Source of the DNA: Candidatus Latescibacterota bacterium
GTDB lineage: Bacteria > Latescibacterota > UBA2968
NCBI GenBank assembly: GCA_965207885.1
Contig: OZ242311.1
Location: 4,064,001 to 4,128,000, forward strand
Direction of reading: 5' to 3'
DNA length: 64,000 bases
Notes under the pieces: model-generated
Database searches by the model: none
Seen by the model: the letters and a program-made list of their open reading frames with translations, nothing else
What the model was told of the DNA's origin: nothing
In this document: positions 19,055 to 27,031 of the stretch, piece by piece
Position numbering within the stretch: the first letter of the stretch is position 1
How the letters are laid out: each line of letters begins with the position of its first letter
Translations under genes and position numbers: made by a program

Positions 19055-19248
19055 ATTGGAAGGAATTGACCCGCTCATAGAGGATTGAAACTTAATATAC
19101 CTGTTGGCAGGTTATCGGAGTGGTCATTTGACGAATTGGAAGGAATTGACCCGCTCATAGAGGATTGAAACTTAATATACGTTTCATGGATCTTCCGGTC
19201 GCCGGCGTAGATTGGAAGGAATTGACCCGCTCATAGGGGATTGAAAAC
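19055..19248 (+). CRISPR. Short CRISPR array: 3 repeats, 2 spacers
   Basis: Repeat ATTGGAAGGAATTGACCCGCTCATAGAGGATTGAAAC (37 bp) at 19055-19091 and 19135-19171; variant ...ATAGGGGATTGAAAAC at 19211-19248; spacers of 43 and 39 nt. The ATTGAAAC 3' end gives + orientation. Confidence 0.96.
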
Positions 19249-19269
19249 TTCGTCATCAAGGGATATGTC

Positions 19270-20991
19270 GTGCAGATCGCGGAACCCGTATTGAAAGCCA
19301 TCCAGGACAGAGGCAGACGAGGATTGCCCCTTGAGAATATTTATCGACACCTCTACAACCCGGACCTCTTTTTACGCGCTTATGGACGGCTGTATCGAAA
19401 AGCTGGCGCGACCACACAGGGCATTACAAAAGAGACCACAGATGGCATGTCTATGGCGAAGATCAATGCCCTCATCGAGGCATTCCGCTGCGAGCGGTAT
19501 CAATGGACGCCTGTTAAGCGCATCTATATTCCCAAAAAAAATGGGGGGCGGCGTCCGCTCGGCATACCGGTTTGGTCTGATAAACTGGTGCAAGAAGTTA
19601 TGCGATCTTTGTTGGGCGTCTATTATGAACCCCAATTTAGTGACCTGTCCCACGGCTTTCGGCCTCAACGGGGCTGCCATTCTGCACTTGCGGAAATTTT
19701 GAGATGGAAAGACATAGACTATTTTATCGAAGGCGATATCAAAGCCTGTTTTGACAGTATTGATCACGAATGTCTGCTGTCTATTTTGAAGGAGAAAGTC
19801 CGCGATGATCGGTTTATCGACTTAATTGGGGATTTGCTCAAGGCCGGATGCGTCGCGTACGGGCGTTACGAATCTACTCCGAGTGGTACGCCACAAGGCG
19901 GTCCCATTAGTCCACTTCTCGCAAACGTTTATCTCGACAGGTTGGATGAGTTCGTCGAAAATACGCTTGTGCCTCTTTACACAACGGGCGAGAAACGCAT
20001 AGAGGCGAGTTGGAAGACGCCAGAGGAGTTGCAGAGGGTTCTGAAGATATTGGATACGCAGGGTCCCGATTTTAGACGTATTCGCTATATCCGATACGCC
20101 GATGATTTTTTGATCGGTTTTACCGGGCGAAAGGCAGAGGCTAAAGAGATCAAACAATGTCTCAAAGAATTTTTGCAAGAGACGCTGAAATTGGAACTGT
20201 CAGAGGACAAAACCTCAATTACCCACAGCCGCAAAGAGACAGCACACTTTCTCGGATACGAGATCAAGAATCTGAATGGGTCAACGCAAAATACACTGAG
20301 CCTGAGTGTGCCGAAAAAAGCCGTGAAAGAGAAGTGTAGCTTGTATCAAAAACGCGGGCGTGTCACATACTGTGCCGAACTGCTGCATGACAGCGATTGG
20401 GAAATCATAAGTCTTTTTCAGAGTCGATATATCGGATATGTGCAATACTATATTTTCGCACACAATGTCCATATCTTAAACGTATTGCGCTGGGTGATGA
20501 GTGCGTCTTTGCTCAAGACGCTTGCGAAAAAGCATAAGACACATGTGAATCAACTTATGAAGCAGTATAAAGCGACTATCCAGACGCCTTATGGCCCGCT
20601 GACGTGTTTGGAGATGCCTGTTTTGTGTGAAGGTGGGCAATTGAGGACGGCGCGTTTTGGTGGCTTCTCTCTCAGGCCGAGGGAAGGCATACCCCTTGCA
20701 GACCGCGACCCAAACAGGGAGATGCGGTGCAAGGGGATAGAACTGATCCAGCGCTTGCTGTCAAACCAGTGCGAATGCTGCGGCGCAACAGGCCAGGTGG
20801 AAGTGCATCATGTCCGAAAACTTGTCCATAGAGAAGGGCAAGTATCAGAGCACACATGGATGCGAGACATGGTTACACGAAAGCGAAAAACCCTTATCGT
20901 GTGCAAAACATGCCACCAGGCAATCCATTCTGTGACAAAAACAAGGAAGAAAAACAGGTATCGGGGAATGCACGCAACACAACGCCAGTAA
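19270..20991 (+). CDS. Group II intron-type reverse transcriptase/maturase with domain X and HNH endonuclease (LtrA/ML-like), apparently lacking intron RNA
   Basis: RPLGIP, SHGFRP..GCH, EGDIKACFDSIDH, GTPQGGPISPLLANVYL, YIRYADDF, LSEDKT, FLGY; domain X (YVQYY, SLLKTLAKKHK); CECCG..VEVHHVRKL..CKTCHQAIH. Confidence 0.93.
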   Translation: MQIAEPVLKAIQDRGRRGLPLENIYRHLYNPDLFLRAYGRLYRKAGATTQGITKETTDGMSMAKINALIEAFRCERYQWTPVKRIYIPKKNGGRRPLGIPVWSDKLVQEVMRSLLGVYYEPQFSDLSHGFRPQRGCHSALAEILRWKDIDYFIEGDIKACFDSIDHECLLSILKEKVRDDRFIDLIGDLLKAGCVAYGRYESTPSGTPQGGPISPLLANVYLDRLDEFVENTLVPLYTTGEKRIEASWKTPEELQRVLKILDTQGPDFRRIRYIRYADDFLIGFTGRKAEAKEIKQCLKEFLQETLKLELSEDKTSITHSRKETAHFLGYEIKNLNGSTQNTLSLSVPKKAVKEKCSLYQKRGRVTYCAELLHDSDWEIISLFQSRYIGYVQYYIFAHNVHILNVLRWVMSASLLKTLAKKHKTHVNQLMKQYKATIQTPYGPLTCLEMPVLCEGGQLRTARFGGFSLRPREGIPLADRDPNREMRCKGIELIQRLLSNQCECCGATGQVEVHHVRKLVHREGQVSEHTWMRDMVTRKRKTLIVCKTCHQAIHSVTKTRKKNRYRGMHATQRQ

Positions 20992-20996
20992 TCCAT

Positions 20997-21020
20997 GTAG
21001 GGGCGAGGCATGCCTCGCCC
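20997..21020 (+). repeat. GTAG-type REP-like hairpin
   Basis: GTAG-GGGCGAGGCA/TGCCTCGCCC perfect palindrome; related copy at 33255. Confidence 0.7.
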
Positions 21021-21081
21021 GTGCCCTTCATTGCGGTGTGGTATTGCGTTGCACCACCCAGGCTGAACATAAGGAGAATTC

Positions 21082-21228
21082 ATGGTCAAACAGATATTAT
21101 TATGTACCGTCGGAGGCTCTCATCAACCGATTCTCGAAGCAATTAAATCATCGTCACCGTGCCATGTCTGTTTTTTTGCACGGACCGCCTCCTTCACATC
21201 CCATAACCAGCGAAGGAACAATCCATGA
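21082..21228 (+). pseudogene. Truncated, frameshifted paralog of the N-terminus of the downstream TIGR02710-like CARF gene
   Basis: RBS AAGGAG, then MVKQILLCTVGGSHQPILEAIKSSSPCHVCFF versus MSETILLCTVGGSHQPILAAIETNSPKLVCFFCT; one more T in the T7 run would give CFFCTD. Confidence 0.82.
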
Positions 21229-22487
21229 GCGAAACCATCCTTCTTTGCACCGTTGGCGGCAGCCACCAGCCTATCTTGGCGGCCATTGAAACAAACAGTC
21301 CGAAACTCGTTTGCTTCTTCTGTACCGAAGGACAGGCTGGTTCCGAGGTTCAAGTAATCGGCGAGGGCAAAGTTATCAAGGACAAACTGCAAGACAGCAA
21401 AGCAACATTGCCCAATATCCCCACCCAAGCGCGAGCGCAGGGTTGGAATGGTACCTATAAGATAAAGATCGTCCCTCCAGACGATTTGGATGGGGCCTTC
21501 TTTGTTATCCGAAATACGATCCTAAAATTGGCCCATAAGTATCCCAATGCCGAATTGGTGGCTGACTACACCGGTGGCACAAAGACGATGACGGCGGCCT
21601 TGGTCAGTGCTGTGTTGGATACTGAGCGCGTCGAGCTCCAACTCGTTGCTGGCGAACGCAGAGATCTCATACAAGTGATTCCGGATACCGAATTGTCGGT
21701 CGTCGCCAGCGTGACCCGATTGCTGATTGATCGTGACATCAAGCAATTTCTGGCCGCTTGGCGTCATTTCGGCTACCACGAAGCAGCAGAAGGGCTGAAG
21801 AAAGTGCGTATCGCGGCTGATTCGCCCGACTTTGAGCGTTTGCACCAAGCATATATGTTGAGTCAGGGCTTAGCATTGTGGGATAGATTCGATCACGCTG
21901 GCGCACTTGAAAAGATTCAACCGCTGGAGCAAATTAAAGCTGCCTATCCGTATATGATGCCGACGCTGGGACAGCTTAAGGCAGACCGAGAACAAGCTCT
22001 CTTATTCGACCTCTGGTTAAATGCCGAGCGGCGTGCGGCCCAGGGTCGCTTTGACGATGCGATTGCGCGGTGGTATCGCATGATGGAGTGGACAGCCCAA
22101 TGGCAACTCCGAACGAAACTCAACGCCGATACCGGGGACTTTTCAGGCGATTTGCTGCCGAAGCAGGTTCAGGCGGCCCCGGATTCAGATGGTAAAATTA
22201 AAATTGGGCTTTGGAAGGCATGGCAAGTCGTAAAATACCGTTGCGAACTATCGGGTCCTGCTCAGGACTTCATCAAAAAGCACGGATCAAAGCTCCTCGA
22301 TTTACTCGAGATTCGCAACAATTCGATACTGGCTCACGGTTTTTGTCCTGTGAGTTCTTCGAACTGGCAAGAGGTGCATAATTGGACACAAGATAAATTC
22401 CTGCCCGTTCTGCGTACCCTGGCCGAAGAAGTGGGCTTGAAAAGCGAGCCGAAACAACTCCCGACCGAATTTCCAGAGAGCATCTGA
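21225..22487 (+). CDS. CRISPR-associated CARF-HEPN effector (TIGR02710/Csm6-like)
   Basis: CARF motifs CTVGGS.QP and DYTGGTKTM; RFDDA.AR.YR; HEPN motif RNNSILAHG. Confidence 0.88.
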   Translation: MSETILLCTVGGSHQPILAAIETNSPKLVCFFCTEGQAGSEVQVIGEGKVIKDKLQDSKATLPNIPTQARAQGWNGTYKIKIVPPDDLDGAFFVIRNTILKLAHKYPNAELVADYTGGTKTMTAALVSAVLDTERVELQLVAGERRDLIQVIPDTELSVVASVTRLLIDRDIKQFLAAWRHFGYHEAAEGLKKVRIAADSPDFERLHQAYMLSQGLALWDRFDHAGALEKIQPLEQIKAAYPYMMPTLGQLKADREQALLFDLWLNAERRAAQGRFDDAIARWYRMMEWTAQWQLRTKLNADTGDFSGDLLPKQVQAAPDSDGKIKIGLWKAWQVVKYRCELSGPAQDFIKKHGSKLLDLLEIRNNSILAHGFCPVSSSNWQEVHNWTQDKFLPVLRTLAEEVGLKSEPKQLPTEFPESI

Positions 22488-22641
22488 ATTGTGTCCGACA
22501 ATCACAGCCTTGCTGATACGTTTGTACGAGGCGGATTGTCACTGATGAGACACAGAATGGTGTGAATGGTAGAGATATATTGTCAGGGCACAAGTAGCCG
22601 TGCTGGCAGATTTATTTTGACAAAAATGAGAGGGTAATCAG

Positions 22642-24246
22642 ATGGCAACAGGCAAAATCATGAATTGGAAAGGAAAATACGGATTTATTGAAAATGATGC
22701 TGGAGGGCAAAATGTTTTCTTACACATCAATGAAGTTGATCAAGACGATAGAGGATTCTTGACTAAGGGCACAAGAGTTGATTTCGATATACAAGAAGTG
22801 CCTCAAGGATTGGCAGCAAATAATGTTCGTTTCTTGAAATTTCACAATCCATATACCTTTGTCCCTACCCCTCCGCGTCAGGATGCAATAAAAGCGGGTG
22901 GGTTTGCTGGCGATTTTGATCCCTTGGAGTGTGGTCTCAGCCATGCATGTCTTGATCCGGATCTATGGACAGGACATCTGCCAATCAAGCTGACCACGGT
23001 CACACCCCTGGTATTGCCGAAAACTGATGGTGAAGAACGTTTGTCAACTGAGCACCAAACTTATGATGTCCTCAACTATTTGCCGGAATCGTCCCTGCGC
23101 GGCATGTTGCGAAGTGCCTACGAAGTGGTGACGAACTCGCGCTATAGTTGTTTTAGCAACGATGACCGATTGAAGTTTCGTTTAGGTCGAGAAAAGAGAA
23201 CATATGAAAAGAGTCCCAAAGACCTTCTCGACTTCTCACTAAGATCAGCGGATAAGATGAGTAAGCTGTCTCCCGCGGATCGTTTGTTCGGGTGGGTACC
23301 TCAGCAATCCGGTAGCGACCAGGGGTACAAGGGCCGCATACGGGTCGTTTGTGAAGATGATGCACGATCTGAGATTATCCAACACTTTGATGGTAAAGAC
23401 TTGCCATTGACGATCCTCGGAGAGCCAAAACCCGCACAAGGCCGTTTTTATGTTGCTAAAGATAAAAAAGGTACGCCGCAAGAAGATGGCATTAGCAAGG
23501 AGCAAGCTGGCTACAGTGGAGGTAAGGGCTTACGAGGTCGGAAGCAATACTGGCACCATAAAGGGCTGGAAGCGGGTCAGGCACGAGACTATTGGAAATC
23601 GTCAGTAGATGACCGAACGCAGCAACAAAACAATGGTCGGTATCAAGAATATCGCCGTCCCAATAAAAATGGAGAGCCACAAAAAGATGCTCAAAACCGC
23701 AGCATTACCGGATGGATTAAGCCAGGTACGGTTTTTAAGGCATCCCTATATGTACAAAATCTGCAAACTGAAGAAATTGGTGCATTGCTTTGGCTGCTAT
23801 CGCTTCCCTCAGACCATTACTTCCGGCTGGGATATGGCAAGCCATTGGGTTTTGGCAGCGTGAGGATAGAGGTTGATGAGGAGCGATGTGTAAATGGATG
23901 TCTGCCACTCGGCACTGGCAAAGATTGGAAAAGCTACTATGCAACCTTTTATACTTCCCCACCGGCAACACTAAATGAGGACCAACGAAAGGGCTGTATT
24001 CAAAAATTTAAGGCCAGTATGGTAGCTGCGTACGATTCAAAACATTTTAATAATCTACCTTTTATCAGCGGATTTCTGAAAGTTCTAAAGGGTCCAAAAA
24101 AAGATGCACCCATTCACTATCCACGGCTGGAATACAAACCCAATCCCAAAGGCGAGAATTTTCGATGGTTCGTCGCAAATGAAAAAGGTAAAAGACTTGC
24201 GCTTCCAGCGGTTACAGCGAAGAAGGGGCTACCTTATCAACCCTGA
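22642..24246 (+). CDS. Type III-D Cas7-family RAMP (TIGR03986-like) with N-terminal cold-shock domain
   Basis: MATGKIMNW..KYGFI...VFLH cold-shock RNP motifs; FHNPYTFVP, SSLRGMLRSAYEVVTNS, SPADRLFGWV, LRGRKQYWHH, LGYGKPLGFGS. Confidence 0.88.
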   Translation: MATGKIMNWKGKYGFIENDAGGQNVFLHINEVDQDDRGFLTKGTRVDFDIQEVPQGLAANNVRFLKFHNPYTFVPTPPRQDAIKAGGFAGDFDPLECGLSHACLDPDLWTGHLPIKLTTVTPLVLPKTDGEERLSTEHQTYDVLNYLPESSLRGMLRSAYEVVTNSRYSCFSNDDRLKFRLGREKRTYEKSPKDLLDFSLRSADKMSKLSPADRLFGWVPQQSGSDQGYKGRIRVVCEDDARSEIIQHFDGKDLPLTILGEPKPAQGRFYVAKDKKGTPQEDGISKEQAGYSGGKGLRGRKQYWHHKGLEAGQARDYWKSSVDDRTQQQNNGRYQEYRRPNKNGEPQKDAQNRSITGWIKPGTVFKASLYVQNLQTEEIGALLWLLSLPSDHYFRLGYGKPLGFGSVRIEVDEERCVNGCLPLGTGKDWKSYYATFYTSPPATLNEDQRKGCIQKFKASMVAAYDSKHFNNLPFISGFLKVLKGPKKDAPIHYPRLEYKPNPKGENFRWFVANEKGKRLALPAVTAKKGLPYQP

Positions 24247-24290
24247 AGCAATGCCGTTCGCAATTCCCAGACAAAGAGGAGACAATAAAT

Positions 24291-25382
24291 ATGGGAACAC
24301 AACTTATTTTTACTGTTGGAACCAATCCACTACCGATATGGGTGGCGTGGCATCATTTGAAAGACAAACTATCAGAGCCTGTTCAGGTTCGACTTGTGCA
24401 TACAGCGGACACAGAAGATGAAAAAGATCGGCTAAAAAAGTATTGTCACGGTGCGGCCTTTCTTGATCCGATTCAAACGTCCGACGGCGACCCTCGTACT
24501 GTACGTGAGGATATCAGGACTATCGCTGATGGCCTCTCAGACGAGACCAACCTTCTGCACATTCACTACACTGGCGGTACCAAGGTGATGGCCGTTGAAA
24601 CTGTCGCCGCCCTTGAAGCCACTTTACCGAAAAATATCCACTTGGATACCTCCTATCTGGACCCACGCGCCACATCAGGTCCCGCTATCGTGAATCGGGC
24701 TGGGAAAACTTGGGTCCGAGATACTCGTAAGAATATTACTGCTGATCTTGCTCGTATCGCTCTCCTCAACGGTTTTACTCTCGGGCCGTTTAAACACAAA
24801 TATTGGGATAAAGAGGCCAACTGCTATGAAACGGACGACTGTCCGGCTCCTGGAATACCCACTCAAAATCAATTGGACAAGGGCAGAAAGGCTATTACAG
24901 GCGGTGGGCGTATCACATGTTACAAACTCTTAGAACACGGTGCCTATGCCGCATTTAAGGATGCATTGGAGGAGGTTTCTACGAGCAATTCAAATCGTAA
25001 TAACTATAAACTTTTCCACAATGTGTATGTCCGACGTATAAGAGCATCACAGAGTGCAAAGCCCTTCGAGCTTGATGTAGTAGCAGTACTGGGGTATCAG
25101 ATTGTCGTTGTTTCATGTACTCTTGATGGGAGTCATGACAAGATAAAACAAAAAGGTATGGAGGCCATTTTGCGAGCAAGGCAACTCGGTGGTGATGAAG
25201 CGCGGGCCATTGTTTTGTGTAGTGCTCACCAGAATGATGCTAAACTCATTGAAGATGAGTTAAGGGATGAAATGGGTAGTGCGAGCGAGCCTTTACAAGT
25301 TTGGGAAAGGAATAGGTGGCCTATGCCTATGTTGTCAGATGCGTTTTATCAATATCTGCGTAATGACCTGCATTGGAAGTGA
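24291..25382 (+). CDS. CARF + PD-(D/E)XK-like nuclease effector (Card1/Can2/DUF1887-like)
   Basis: VGTNPLP and HYTGGTKVM (CARF); C-terminal FELDVVAVLGYQIVVVSCT...E...RARQLGGDEAR. Confidence 0.82.
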   Translation: MGTQLIFTVGTNPLPIWVAWHHLKDKLSEPVQVRLVHTADTEDEKDRLKKYCHGAAFLDPIQTSDGDPRTVREDIRTIADGLSDETNLLHIHYTGGTKVMAVETVAALEATLPKNIHLDTSYLDPRATSGPAIVNRAGKTWVRDTRKNITADLARIALLNGFTLGPFKHKYWDKEANCYETDDCPAPGIPTQNQLDKGRKAITGGGRITCYKLLEHGAYAAFKDALEEVSTSNSNRNNYKLFHNVYVRRIRASQSAKPFELDVVAVLGYQIVVVSCTLDGSHDKIKQKGMEAILRARQLGGDEARAIVLCSAHQNDAKLIEDELRDEMGSASEPLQVWERNRWPMPMLSDAFYQYLRNDLHWK

Positions 25383-25396
25383 GTGGGGATATACTT

Positions 25397-27031
25397 ATGT
25401 CAAATTCTCTTTATATGGGTCAATGTGTTGCAGTCTTCGGTACTGCGAGTCTTCAGCGATACATCTTTCAGAGCAATCGACTGAAAGAGAATATCGGTGC
25501 GTCCTATCTCGTAAAATACTGGCTTGACGAGGGCTTGGTTGAGGCCATAAAGCAGTCTGGCTGTACGGTTGATACGACTGTGTGGGATGAGTACAAAACA
25601 AATCCCTCAATGTCTCGGCCTGCAAAGCCAGTGGACATATCGAAAGATGTCAATTTCATCTATGTCGGTGGGGGTAATGCTGCGTTGCTGTGCAAAAGCC
25701 AGGAGACTGCTAAAGATGTTGTCAAAATATGGAGCCACAAGCTACTCGAACATGCACCTGGACTCCGGGTGGCCGTTGGGTATGCGGATGTTGAGAACTC
25801 ATTGGCTGAGGCATATCGTTCCGCGTTAGAAAACCTGTCACAATGCGAGGAAGCATTGCCGTTTGGGGACACCTTGTACAGCTTACCCGTTGTTCGCACT
25901 TGCACGACTACTGGGCTTCCTGCGAGCGTACCCAGCAAAGAAGAGAACAATGAGGAGGAGTGGATATCGCAGTCTGCGTCGAGCAAGCGAAATCAAGTCG
26001 GCTCTGAACGCAAGTCAGGTGCTGCCCAAAGGGATATTAGACGCGAATTCAAATCGGTTCTGCAAAGAGGTCAAAACTTTGCCATTGAACTCGACAAACT
26101 GGGTGGGCGTAAAGGAGAATCGCATATTGCTGTCGTGCATGCTGACGGCAATGGAATGGGCAAGCATCTTATAGATGTGGTGAACAGTGCAGAAGATGAT
26201 GAGGAATTTCTCCATCACATCCGAGCATTTTCGGCCTCTGTGTCGCGTCTGTCCCAGAGTGCCCTACAGGAGACATTGCAATATCTACAGGAAGAGTTGC
26301 CGAACCTGAAAGGGGATTTGTCGCTGGGAGAAGAAAAAATTTTTCCTTTGCGTCCTATCGTGTACGGAGGCGATGATTTGACATTTGTATGCGATGGTCG
26401 CGTGGGTCTCGATCTGGCGGCCTTCTATTTGAAGGCGTTTTCCAAAGGCAAGATCAAAGTCCGTGGTAAGGATGAACCCGTTGATGCCTGTGCGGGGGTA
26501 GCCATTGTGCCTACAAAATTTCCCTTTGCCCGCGCGTATCATTTTGCTGAAGAACTCTGCGGATTGACCAAGTCATACCTTCGTGAGAGAGATTTAACTG
26601 GCAGTTGGCTGGATTTTCAGATTATCCAGGAAGGTATCACCCGATCCATTTCGGCACTGAGAGCCGCACAGTATCGTAGCTTTGAGGGACAAACACTGCA
26701 TCAGCGTCCTTATCAGGTACCGGAAAAATGGGACGTTTTTGTTGAAATTTTGAAGGAATTTCAAGCGTCGTGGCCCCGCAACCGTGCCAAAGGGCTTTTG
26801 CAGGCTCTAACGCAGGGACCTGCGGCAACGCAACGCTTCGTTGAGGGCGCACGGTGGCGTGATGTGAAGTTACCATCGTCTTCGGTAAGTGGTACAGGTT
26901 GGACGGGTGGAGATCCTCCTGATCGCACCACGCCGTATTTCGATCCGCTCGAAACACTTGATTTCTATCTGGAAGTGAAGAAACCAGCAAAAAATGGCGA
27001 GAAAGCAGGTAAGGAGATCAAGAATGACTGA
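25397..27031 (+). CDS. cas10: Type III-D Cas10 (Palm cyclase, no HD domain)
   Basis: QRYIF.SNRLKENIGAS, YVGGGNA, VHADGNGMG, VYGGDDL, KFPFARAY; short, with no N-terminal HD domain. Confidence 0.92.
   Translation: MSNSLYMGQCVAVFGTASLQRYIFQSNRLKENIGASYLVKYWLDEGLVEAIKQSGCTVDTTVWDEYKTNPSMSRPAKPVDISKDVNFIYVGGGNAALLCKSQETAKDVVKIWSHKLLEHAPGLRVAVGYADVENSLAEAYRSALENLSQCEEALPFGDTLYSLPVVRTCTTTGLPASVPSKEENNEEEWISQSASSKRNQVGSERKSGAAQRDIRREFKSVLQRGQNFAIELDKLGGRKGESHIAVVHADGNGMGKHLIDVVNSAEDDEEFLHHIRAFSASVSRLSQSALQETLQYLQEELPNLKGDLSLGEEKIFPLRPIVYGGDDLTFVCDGRVGLDLAAFYLKAFSKGKIKVRGKDEPVDACAGVAIVPTKFPFARAYHFAEELCGLTKSYLRERDLTGSWLDFQIIQEGITRSISALRAAQYRSFEGQTLHQRPYQVPEKWDVFVEILKEFQASWPRNRAKGLLQALTQGPAATQRFVEGARWRDVKLPSSSVSGTGWTGGDPPDRTTPYFDPLETLDFYLEVKKPAKNGEKAGKEIKND

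Noticed and set aside
19055-19180. Treating the CRISPR repeat as 46 bp (including TTAATATAC)
   Set aside because: The canonical ATTGAAAC end and the third repeat lacking the 9-mer favour a 37-bp repeat. Kept as an open question under findings.
19092-19210. Self-targeting spacers within the window
   Set aside because: No match noticed by eye on either strand; this was not an exhaustive search.
19270-20991. Retron
   Set aside because: No retron-type VTG motif or msr-msd inverted repeats seen; the protein has maturase and En domains.
18796-21100. Intact mobile group II intron
   Set aside because: No room for 5' ribozyme domains and no recognisable domain V/VI; to be confirmed by a covariance search.
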